DNA from: a bacterium UBP11_UBA4055
GTDB taxonomy: Bacteria; UBA4055
Assembly: GCA_002382735.1 (NCBI GenBank)
Contig: DFZN01000044.1
Span: forward strand, 93 to 64,092
DNA length: 64,000 nucleotides
Direction: 5' to 3'
In this document: piece after piece, positions 1 through 7,437 of the stretch
How the letters are laid out: the number at the start of each line of letters is the position of its first letter
Numbering within the stretch: the first letter of the stretch is position 1
Made by a program: the position numbers and the translations under genes
Notes under the pieces: model-generated
The model's input: only the letters and a program-made list of their open reading frames with translations
What the model was told of the DNA's origin: nothing
Databases searched by the model: none

Positions 1-196
1 CACCGTCCCAGACAATAGTTCCAAGCTCTTCGGAAACAATAAATTTTTTAAAATATGATAAATCTTTAAATTTTGAGAAGACACCGCCTTTAGCAGAGTA
101 ATGAGAAAAATCCACTATGCCTGAATTTCCGTTTTCAAAGAAAATCCTCAGCTTATAACCCTCAATATATTCAGCTTTTATAATATCACAAAGCAT
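1..196 (-). CDS. DUF2442-family small protein (3' partial at window edge; N-terminus MLCDIIKAEYIEGYKLRIFFENGNSGIVDF...)
   Basis: Manual translation of the minus strand from ATG at 196-194. Sequence closely resembles the 80-aa DUF2442-like ORF at 1267..1509 (KIEFLFSDGTGRVVDF). Not in the ORF track because it runs off the window. Confidence 0.5.
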   Translation of the reverse strand, partial: MLCDIIKAEYIEGYKLRIFFENGNSGIVDFSHYSAKGGVFSKFKDLSYFKKFIVSEELGTIVWDG

Positions 197-206
197 TTCT
201 CAACTC

Positions 207-404
207 CTATTTTAAAGGTTCGATTTTTTCGGGAGGCTGATTTGACTTAGCCAAATCCCAGTTTTTCAACAGCTCTTCTTTATGCAAGGTCGCCCATTCA
301 ATGACAAGCCCAAGTGCCCGGGGAGAAATACTTCCTTCAAGTACCTTCAGAGACTTTTTCTCCATTATATCTGGCATGAAAATGCGGTGGATTATGGTCA
401 TCAT
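207..404 (-). CDS. DUF4160-family small protein (short, possibly N-terminally degraded)
   Basis: C-terminal LEGSISPRALGLVIEWATLHKEELLKNWDLAKSNQPPEKIEPL matches the conserved DUF4160 C-terminus. Sits directly upstream of the DUF2442 ORF, as in canonical DUF4160/DUF2442 pairs. Confidence 0.5.
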   Translation of the reverse strand: MMTIIHRIFMPDIMEKKSLKVLEGSISPRALGLVIEWATLHKEELLKNWDLAKSNQPPEKIEPLK

Positions 405-653
405 AAAATATCGCTATAATTATTCCAAAGAATCTACTTATTTCGGGCATATTGCATCATCTCCTTTCTTAAATAAACCTATACTTTTCTTCTCTGACTG
501 ACATCAGCAACTCCGCATTTAAACTGCAATATACAAAATATTCCCTCTTAAATCAATTAAAATACCAGCTTCAGATTCACAATGATTACAAGTCTTAAAT
601 TTTCCTGCTTTTTTATTTGACAATCCGCACTAATCAGGTTAATTTTCACTACC

Positions 654-788
654 ATGAGAGCCAACAAAATAGATTTTGATATGATCAAAAAAGTGCTCGA
701 CAATCAGGTAACACACGAAGAAAATAACTTCGTAATAAGAAACGATGAATTCGACATTACAGCTTGGGGACAAACCCGTCAGATTTAA
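654..788 (+). pseudogene. Truncated duplicate of the small HicB-like ORF at 8825..9088 (MRANKIDFDMIKKVLDNQVTHEENNFVIRNDEFDITAWGQTRQI*)
   Basis: 620-788 is about 85% identical at DNA level to 8793-8950, including the upstream leader ccgcactaatcaggttaattttca. The ORF stops prematurely after 44 codons. Confidence 0.45.
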
Positions 789-789
789 G

Positions 790-905
790 TTCTTTAACGG
801 TTGCATAACCATTATTCATATCAATTTTAACTATTTTTGTATCGGTTTCAGACAATAACTCCCTTTTCACCATTGCGTTAACATCTGTGTAATCACCGCT
901 TTTAT
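790..905 (-). pseudogene. Fragment homologous to an internal part of the Panacea-domain gene (copy of about 7150-7230)
   Basis: cggtttcagacaataactcccttttcaccattgcgttaacatctg at 842-886 nearly matches 7177-7221 inside CDS 6980..7384. No intact ORF. Confidence 0.35.
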
Positions 906-961
906 TCGTTTGATTTAACTGAATATATTTTGTATATTGCCTTTAATTAAGCGGAGTAAAA

Positions 962-1264
962 ATGCCTAAGCTCTACGAATATTTTGGTCTGGTAATACTG
1001 TTTTATTCTAACGAACATGAGCCTATCCATGTGCATTGTAAATTTCAGGATAAAGAAAACAAAGCTGAGATTGTCTATAAGGACGGAAAGTTCGTTGAAG
1101 TCAGAATCGTAGAAGTGCCCGGAAAGGATCCGTTAGATGTCCAGAATCAGAAAAAATTTAAGAGACTGGTAGAAGCATATCGGGAAGATATTGTAAGAAA
1201 ATGGATTGATTTCTTTGTATATAATATAGCTGTCAGCTGCGAAACAATAACAAAAAAGGTCTGA
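962..1264 (+). CDS. DUF4160-family protein
   Basis: MPKLYEYFGLVILFYSNEHEPIHVHCKF... is the typical DUF4160 N-terminus (FYGIxIxMYxxDHxPPHFH-like). 3-bp spacer to the DUF2442 partner. Confidence 0.7.
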   Translation: MPKLYEYFGLVILFYSNEHEPIHVHCKFQDKENKAEIVYKDGKFVEVRIVEVPGKDPLDVQNQKKFKRLVEAYREDIVRKWIDFFVYNIAVSCETITKKV

Positions 1265-1266
1265 TC

Positions 1267-1509
1267 ATGGTAATATCAATTGAAAAAGCCCAATATCGCG
1301 GAGATTACAAAATTGAATTCCTTTTCTCGGACGGAACAGGAAGAGTAGTTGACTTTGAAAATTTTCTCAGAAATTCCAAAAATCCAATGAGCACCAAGTA
1401 TCTCGATAAGGAACAGTTCGGATCTTTCACGATCGAATACGGTGATATTTCTTGGAACGATTTTGAACTGTGTTTCCCGATCTGGGATCTGTACGAAGGC
1501 AGAATATAA
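1267..1509 (+). CDS. DUF2442-family protein (partner of DUF4160)
   Basis: 80-aa ORF immediately downstream of the DUF4160 gene (likely translationally coupled). Motif KIEFLFSDGTGRVVDF...ISWNDFELCFPIWDLYEG. Confidence 0.7.
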   Translation: MVISIEKAQYRGDYKIEFLFSDGTGRVVDFENFLRNSKNPMSTKYLDKEQFGSFTIEYGDISWNDFELCFPIWDLYEGRI

Positions 1510-1536
1510 ACAATACTACTTAAACCAATCCCTAAC

Positions 1537-1830
1537 TTGACTAATAACAAGCTCCGGATTCTCCCAATGCATCATGAATCCAATATATCTTTGCTTGAGA
1601 TACTCGAAGACAGATATGGCGACAAATCAACTGTAATTGCTTCACAGATACCGCCCGAAAACTGGTATGATCTGTTCCGGAACTCGACCATAGCTGACGC
1701 ATGCCTAGACAGAATCATACACAACGCACATAAATTAAACATGGAAGGAGGTCTTTTGTACCACTTTGAACAAGTGTATAAGAGATCGAACAGTCCCGAA
1801 ATAATCCTTGTGCATAGAAACATTTCATGA
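1537..1830 (+). pseudogene. C-terminal fragment of an IS21-family IstB-like transposition ATPase
   Basis: First ~70 aa (ASQIPPENWYDLFRNSTIADACLDRIIHNAHKLNMEGG) match the conserved IstB C-terminal tail (..SQxPxxxWxxxxGDxTxADAILDRLxHNAHxIxxxGES). No Walker motifs or N-terminal portion. Antisense to the Nudix gene. Confidence 0.4.
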
Positions 1831-2233
1831 CTGTCTGAGCTATCTCTTCGTTCCACTGATCAAGAACCGATAAAAAGAGAGCGTTCTTCCTAACGAACCG
1901 ACCCTTAACAAGCATATCAGCTTTTTTAAGCAGTCTCGGGTGCGATTCGATCTTCTGGTTTTCTCTGTAGAAAAGTTCGACTTCTTTTGTTTTAGGCTTA
2001 TAATACAGCCATTCAGACTGACCCGTTCCTTCTTTAATTTCTCTGAGTAATGCCTGCAGGACAGATTCATTATCTTCTACTTTACCGCAAATGAACGACC
2101 ATTTTTCATCATCTGATCTTCGCTCTTCAAATAAAACTTTATCACCATCATATATGATCCCCACAACACCGATACTCCTCGGCATATTCGGGCTGGGGGC
2201 TTTCTTGCTGTTGTAATAATATCTTGACTTCAT
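1715..2233 (-). CDS. NUDIX hydrolase
   Basis: Nudix box GKVEDNESVLQALLREIKEGTG (Gx5Ex7REUxEExGU) preceded by GVVGIIYDGDKVLFEERR. Confidence 0.6.
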   Translation of the reverse strand: MKSRYYYNSKKAPSPNMPRSIGVVGIIYDGDKVLFEERRSDDEKWSFICGKVEDNESVLQALLREIKEGTGQSEWLYYKPKTKEVELFYRENQKIESHPRLLKKADMLVKGRFVRKNALFLSVLDQWNEEIAQTVMKCFYAQGLFRDCSISYTLVQSGTKDLLPCLIYVRCV

Positions 2234-2343
2234 TAACAGTACCTCACTTGTTCTTTGAAAGTTCGATGGTGTTTCTTATATATGAAGCCTACTTATTTTT
2301 TTAACCTGTTTTGTCACGACTCTGAATTTCCATAATAATTTTT

Positions 2344-2862
2344 TCAATCCTGTTCCGTGTAGCTAACTTGATTTGCTCTAAGTATCTTAATAATAATATC
2401 AAGACTGGAAATATAGCATATTTCAAAATTAAATCGTTCTTGCGCTTCTGACATTGAGAATTCTATTTTTTCAATTGCAGTTTGCGGGGAATACGAAACA
2501 TACTCTCCGCTCTGAACAAGCACGAATCCTTTCTTTGAGAATACAAAAACTGTAGGCGAAAAAAAATCGATCAACTCTTTTTTGTCCCTTTCACAAAAAA
2601 CGATCGACCTTTTATCTGTACTGTGAGAGACTTTGGCATTTTCCAGCTTCAATCTATTGTCTAAGGTTAAAGTAACTGCTACTCTTCGAATTTCCGGAAG
2701 AAGATGTACAATAATCTCATCCTGATCGCCTGCATACAGTACCTCAGTCTCGATCAATCCTGGCTTTGGGTTTGTTGAACTTCTCGACCAATCAGCCGAT
2801 CGCCAGAATTTCTTAGGATAAAAAATAGGACCTTCGCTTGGTTTGCACACCTTATAGAGCAT
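2344..2862 (-). CDS. Hypothetical protein (172 aa)
   Basis: Intact ORF with no recognisable motif. Driven by the duplicated promoter module at 2918-2946. Confidence 0.4.
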   Translation of the reverse strand: MLYKVCKPSEGPIFYPKKFWRSADWSRSSTNPKPGLIETEVLYAGDQDEIIVHLLPEIRRVAVTLTLDNRLKLENAKVSHSTDKRSIVFCERDKKELIDFFSPTVFVFSKKGFVLVQSGEYVSYSPQTAIEKIEFSMSEAQERFNFEICYISSLDIIIKILRANQVSYTEQD

Positions 2863-2917
2863 TTACGCTACCTCTTAGCATTTTCATTCCTTCATCTTCC
2901 CTACTCACAAGCTACTG

Positions 2918-2946
2918 AATCTACCGAATTATATACCTAAAGTCAA
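2918..2946 (-). promoter_or_regulatory. Sigma70-like promoter (TTGACT -17 nt- TAGATT) reading into CDS 2344..2862
   Basis: On the minus strand: TTGACTttaggtatataattcggTAGATT. Same module (2 mismatches in spacer) is present at 8725-8753 upstream of CDS 7438..8715. Confidence 0.4.
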
Positions 2947-2999
2947 TGACTTTGAACTGTGTTTCCCGATCTGGGATCTGTACGAAGGCAGAATATAAG
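2941..2999 (+). repeat. Direct repeat copying the 3' end of the DUF2442 gene (1457-1509)
   Basis: gactttgaactgtgtttcccgatctgggatctgtacgaaggcagaatataa is identical to 1459-1509 except the first bases. Together the two copies bracket the 1510-2940 Nudix/unknown/IstB-fragment segment. Confidence 0.7.
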
Positions 3000-3433
3000 A
3001 CCTCTTTTCTACTCACCCACACAACTAAATCAGCTTAAACAACCCCTCAATAACCAGATCGCGGATGCCGTCATCAGCCAGACCGCCTATATAATCAGAA
3101 AATTTACTCAAAGTACCCTCTTATCGAACTGCTTAACCGTATCGCTGTTATCCGCACCCTTACCTTTCTCGAATTCATAAGCCTTTCTGAAATTAAGCAC
3201 CGCATCTTCGATCCTTACGGCATTATCCTCATAAGACCTGTGATCAAAACTTTCGACCAGCAAAGTCATTTCCGCCTTAAGACCCGTCAGATTAGCATAA
3301 GTGGCAATATCGAAATAGGTGACCGGAACCGTAACACACGCCGACAGACTGAGCAGAAGAAAAACAGCCGCAATACAGAACGAACCGATTTTACCGATTA
3401 AACTATCCAGGAAAAGTCAGATGCCCTTAAATA

Positions 3434-4888
3434 TCAGCCCTTTTTCTGATCACGCAAGGGTTTTAACCGCTTGTAAAAATCCAATATCATTTGGTCTGCT
3501 TTTACATCTCTCATGCTGATTGGCTTATCAAGAGAAATATTATCTATCGAACGACAACGTGAAAGAGCAACATAAGTCTGCCCTGAACAGAATGCACCGT
3601 TTCCTAGATCAATTCTAACAGAATCCAAAGTCATACCCTGCGATTTGTGAATAGTGATTGCCCAGCCGAGCGTTATCGGATACTGCTTGAAACTGCCTAC
3701 GATTTCAGTTTCGATTTTCTGTTTACCAATATCATATTTATATTCAATTTTTTCCCAAACCGCTTTATCTACACTGACTGTATGTCCTTTGCCTTCAATT
3801 TCGACGCGTATCTGGTCGTCTTCAATACTTTTTATCCGACCGAGTGTGCCGTTAACCCATAACGGTTTATTATTCTTAACGAACAATACTTGAGCGCCAA
3901 CCTTTATTTCAAGATTGTAAGGAGCTTGAAATCTATCCTTACTTACATCGAAGCGGCCTGCAACGACAGCTTCAAAAGTAAACAGTTCTTCATCAATTTC
4001 GTCAAGTTTTTGAGTATTGATCGCTCTTGCCGCTGCGTTCGTAGGCACAAGATAAAGTGATGGGAAATCATTAGGTACTCTGTCCCGATAACAGTCACGA
4101 TTGATCTTTGCAACAGAGTCTCGATGATCATTGTTGAGACGGATGCGGTCTAAAATATTTACAAACTCCAGTTCTGTCTGCCGAAATACCTTTGTCAGCT
4201 CGATAGGGATCAATTCAGTTTCATTGAAAACATCAGCGGAAAAGAAATATGGTGTTCTGTAACGATCAGAATAATATCTTGTAGCTTCAGCATCTCTTAC
4301 AATAGGAGGCAACTGCAGAAGATCGCCCACAAAAATTACCGGAATACCACCAAAAGGCCGAAAATCCCTGCGAGCTTTTTTAAGTGAATTATTAATACAG
4401 TCTATAAGATCAGGGGTAACCATTGAGATTTCATCAATGATTAAAGCTCCTAGAACCTCAATAACAGGAAGAATCCGTACGCGCGGTTTAAAAACCTCAT
4501 CGGGATTAAGAATCCTTGGAGGTATGTTGAAAAATGAATGAATAGTAGAACCGCGAACATTTATAGCAGCCAAAGCAGTGGGAGCAACAACAGCGCAATT
4601 TCGAATTTTCTCCATTAAAAACCTGATCAGAGTAGATTTACCTGTACCCGCACGCCCTGTAACGAAAATCGCCGGGTATTCCTCTTTAACCGCCTGTAGA
4701 ACAAATTCATATTCCGGCAGAACCTCTATATCCTCTAAACTCTGCTTAGGATCTTCCAGAACAACTGATTTCCGTTCATTCGCAGGAGTAAGTTCAGCAT
4801 TTATCTTTGCCAAATCGGTAGTTAATGGATCGTCAACACCCAGTAACCTTTTCGCCAAATTCAGTATGTCATTCAGAGGATTCATCAT
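3434..4888 (-). CDS. Pif1/RecD-like SF1 DNA helicase (AAA ATPase)
   Basis: Walker A GRAGTGKST, Walker B-like LIIDEISMV. C-terminal TIHKSQGMTLDSVRIDL...QTYVALSRCRSIDNISL is the Pif1/RecD2 motif V/VI signature. Confidence 0.8.
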   Translation of the reverse strand: MMNPLNDILNLAKRLLGVDDPLTTDLAKINAELTPANERKSVVLEDPKQSLEDIEVLPEYEFVLQAVKEEYPAIFVTGRAGTGKSTLIRFLMEKIRNCAVVAPTALAAINVRGSTIHSFFNIPPRILNPDEVFKPRVRILPVIEVLGALIIDEISMVTPDLIDCINNSLKKARRDFRPFGGIPVIFVGDLLQLPPIVRDAEATRYYSDRYRTPYFFSADVFNETELIPIELTKVFRQTELEFVNILDRIRLNNDHRDSVAKINRDCYRDRVPNDFPSLYLVPTNAAARAINTQKLDEIDEELFTFEAVVAGRFDVSKDRFQAPYNLEIKVGAQVLFVKNNKPLWVNGTLGRIKSIEDDQIRVEIEGKGHTVSVDKAVWEKIEYKYDIGKQKIETEIVGSFKQYPITLGWAITIHKSQGMTLDSVRIDLGNGAFCSGQTYVALSRCRSIDNISLDKPISMRDVKADQMILDFYKRLKPLRDQKKG

Positions 4889-4931
4889 TTATCCTAACAT
4901 CATTCTGAATTGCATCTCTAAGCTAAAAACT

Positions 4932-5396
4932 CTATAAGTAGTCATTAATATCTGTTTCTGATGGATCTTCTTTCAAGCCAAGTAGATTTTCTTTTATCAT
5001 TAAAAGAACCGATTCATATATTTCTTCTTTGAGTGAACCCATCGAAGGTGCTTCCAAATATTCGCTGTTAACAGGCTGATAATGGTTAACTACAAGTAAA
5101 GATTGTGATTTATTTGTTAATTCGTCATCAGAGTTTTTTGAATAGCATTCTTTTTTTAACGGATATCTTAGAAAGTCCGGACTGCCTTTGGTTGATAAAG
5201 GAATAACATTGTAAACCTTATTAGACAGATTACACAAATCTTCATTCATTACAACCAATACATACCTGTAGTCATGTAAATTTCTTTTATCTTCAGGAAT
5301 GAAGCGGATTTTTTTATCGTCGATTTTCCATATTTGCCTTGGCTTAGGCTCAAATAAGTCGCTTGAACCTCTTAAATCCTGACCTATTGAAGTCAT
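4932..5396 (-). CDS. Hypothetical protein, possible PemK/MazF-like toxin fold
   Basis: RQIWKIDDKK..RYVLVVMNED and YNVIPLSTKGSP resemble the MazF GDIVWVDFDP..RPAVVLS and CVPCTTQSKGYP segments. ATGA start/stop overlap with the upstream ORF 5393..5800 suggests coupling. Weak. Confidence 0.35.
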   Translation of the reverse strand: MTSIGQDLRGSSDLFEPKPRQIWKIDDKKIRFIPEDKRNLHDYRYVLVVMNEDLCNLSNKVYNVIPLSTKGSPDFLRYPLKKECYSKNSDDELTNKSQSLLVVNHYQPVNSEYLEAPSMGSLKEEIYESVLLMIKENLLGLKEDPSETDINDYL

Positions 5397-5800
5397 GCTT
5401 CAGGTCTCAAATATACAAAATATGCTAATTCATTTTTGTAGATCTCATCATTTCTGCTTTCAACTTCAGGAAAATATTTTTTTGTCAATTCGAATATGAT
5501 TCGACCTTTCATTTTGGGAGATAACTTCTCGTCTAAAATAATTCTGTTTCTTTTAGAATTAAATTCTGCTAGCTTTCTTTGATGATTAACAGATTCTTGA
5601 TTTAAGCCTTCAATTAACATAGACATCCTGTTTTCCGGTAAAATAGATTCAATTTTTAGAGATTGAGTTCCATCCGCCATGTTCAAAGTTTCTAATGTCA
5701 GAGTATTAGAACTCTGATTGTTAGTGGAATTATAAAAAGAAAAAGATGCAACAGACAATAAAATTGTTGCTGTTTTTGCTTTCGAATCAATGCATTCCAA
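5393..5800 (-). CDS. Hypothetical protein (135 aa, hydrophobic N-terminus)
   Basis: ORF translationally coupled (4-bp overlap) to 4932..5396. No motif recognised. Confidence 0.35.
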   Translation of the reverse strand: MECIDSKAKTATILLSVASFSFYNSTNNQSSNTLTLETLNMADGTQSLKIESILPENRMSMLIEGLNQESVNHQRKLAEFNSKRNRIILDEKLSPKMKGRIIFELTKKYFPEVESRNDEIYKNELAYFVYLRPEA

Positions 5801-5820
5801 GAAACCCGTAAATTCTCCTG

Positions 5821-6528
5821 TTACTCATATTCTGGATTTAATGTATCTATGAATTCTTTTTTTAACAGATTGAAAAATAATTTTTTATTTTTTTTATGCA
5901 GATTGTTAAGAAGATCTTTGACAACCTCCAACCTCACTTCATCGCCCTGTAAAATTGTATCTATATCAATAACAGAACCGTTCATGGAATTATAGTTAGC
6001 TGAGTTCGAGATTTGTATTATGTGTTTACAATTGTCATCTGCAAAAACAGCTTGAAAATTTTTAGATTGTGACTCTAAATCCAAAGCACTATGCTCAATA
6101 GAAAGATTAATCTTTTCAAAAATATCAGCCTCAAAAAAATCAATATATCGTATCCCTATCTTTTTTACAGATTTGACTATCTTAAGCTCAGACATTATGT
6201 TTATTATACGAAGAACTTCATTTTCAAATACTATCCAGCCTACATATTCAATAGGTGAACTCACTGTAACTACTTTTGGGCCGATCTGCACTTTAAACCC
6301 TTTTACAGATGTAATTAAATAATGAGGTTTATATCTCAAAGATTCATCTTTATCCCTTAAAACTTCCGGTAATTGAGTAATAGGCAGCTCCGAGACTGCC
6401 GGATAATCATTTTTTAAAGAATTATATATAACCCCAAAAACAGCAGACGGATGCAGTATTGTGTCAAATCTGAACTCAGTAATAGCATCAATTATCGGTT
6501 GCGGACTTATGCGTATTGGCAATTTCAT
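5821..6528 (-). CDS. Hypothetical protein, TIGR04255-like N-terminus
   Basis: N-terminal PQPIIDAITEFRFD resembles the PLVEVVxExRF start typical of the TIGR04255 family. Function unknown. Confidence 0.35.
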   Translation of the reverse strand: MKLPIRISPQPIIDAITEFRFDTILHPSAVFGVIYNSLKNDYPAVSELPITQLPEVLRDKDESLRYKPHYLITSVKGFKVQIGPKVVTVSSPIEYVGWIVFENEVLRIINIMSELKIVKSVKKIGIRYIDFFEADIFEKINLSIEHSALDLESQSKNFQAVFADDNCKHIIQISNSANYNSMNGSVIDIDTILQGDEVRLEVVKDLLNNLHKKNKKLFFNLLKKEFIDTLNPEYE

Positions 6529-6690
6529 TCGGCACCTTCTTTTTTTGCAAATATAACTTATAAATTTCTTTTTAGCAATTGCAAATCATAAGTTTTTTAT
6601 ACCTAACTTTTTACCCTATCGCTGGTACCCGCACCCTTATCGAAACACACGCCGACAGACTGAGCAGAAGAAGAACCAATCTCTTATTAA

Positions 6691-6936
6691 TTACTGCCTG
6701 AACAGATCGCCTTCAACTGTCTTTGGCGGATAAAATGCTCCGATTATCATAAAGGGATTTCTTGATGTGAAATGATGCAGTTTAGAGGTGCCCAGAAAAA
6801 AATACAGATCACAATCGTTTACAAAATGATCGAAATACTTAAGCCTTACATCGGCGATAGCTTTTACTTCATCTCCGTTATACTTGGCAAGCTGTCTCCA
6901 ATAGAGCTGACCGACTTCCCAGTCCTCTATCATCAT
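6691..6936 (-). CDS. Small hypothetical protein (81 aa), candidate toxin partner of the Panacea-domain protein
   Basis: Directly downstream (43 bp) of the Panacea-domain gene on the same strand. No recognisable motif. Confidence 0.35.
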   Translation of the reverse strand: MMIEDWEVGQLYWRQLAKYNGDEVKAIADVRLKYFDHFVNDCDLYFFLGTSKLHHFTSRNPFMIIGAFYPPKTVEGDLFRQ

Positions 6937-6979
6937 ATTGCTTACATTCCCTTTAGAATCCTCGAATTTGTATTTAAAT

Positions 6980-7384
6980 TTATATGGAAGCTTCTTTACT
7001 ACTTCGAACTTTCCTTTTTATCGCATAGTAAGGAAATTCAATATAAGTATGTTTCATAACCGAACTCACACTCTTATTTCCATATTCGGATTTGATCTGT
7101 CGTAAAATTTCTTCATCTTCCCTATTGAGCTGTCCGATATAATCATTCATATCTTTCTTAATTATTTTCGTATCCGTTTCAGACAAAAACTCCCTTTTCA
7201 CCATTGCGTTAACATCTGCATAAGCGGAATAGGAAAAACATCCGTATTTGTAAGGCACAAAATCATATACCGGTTTTACCTGCTTCCTGGTAAATAAAAA
7301 CAAAAGCTTCTGGAAGTGGATCTTATCCAGTTCATCCTCAAAAACCTGCAGCAGCGCCAATATTACCTTTCTTCTATAAAACAT
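6980..7384 (-). CDS. Panacea (DUF4065, SocA-like) domain protein
   Basis: HFQKLLFLFTRKQVKPVYDFVPYKYGCFSYSAY matches the Panacea core (KLQKLLYxAQ...W.YGPV.). Confidence 0.55.
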   Translation of the reverse strand: MFYRRKVILALLQVFEDELDKIHFQKLLFLFTRKQVKPVYDFVPYKYGCFSYSAYADVNAMVKREFLSETDTKIIKKDMNDYIGQLNREDEEILRQIKSEYGNKSVSSVMKHTYIEFPYYAIKRKVRSSKEASI

Positions 7385-7437
7385 ACATCAAATTTACTCA
7401 TTTAATCGCTCATTTACAAGATAATATGATAATTTAT

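Noticed and set aside
1537-1830. Treating the IstB-like ORF as a functional gene
   Set aside because: Only the last ~70 residues of an IstB-type protein are present, with no Walker A/B or IstA partner. It overlaps the Nudix gene on the opposite strand.
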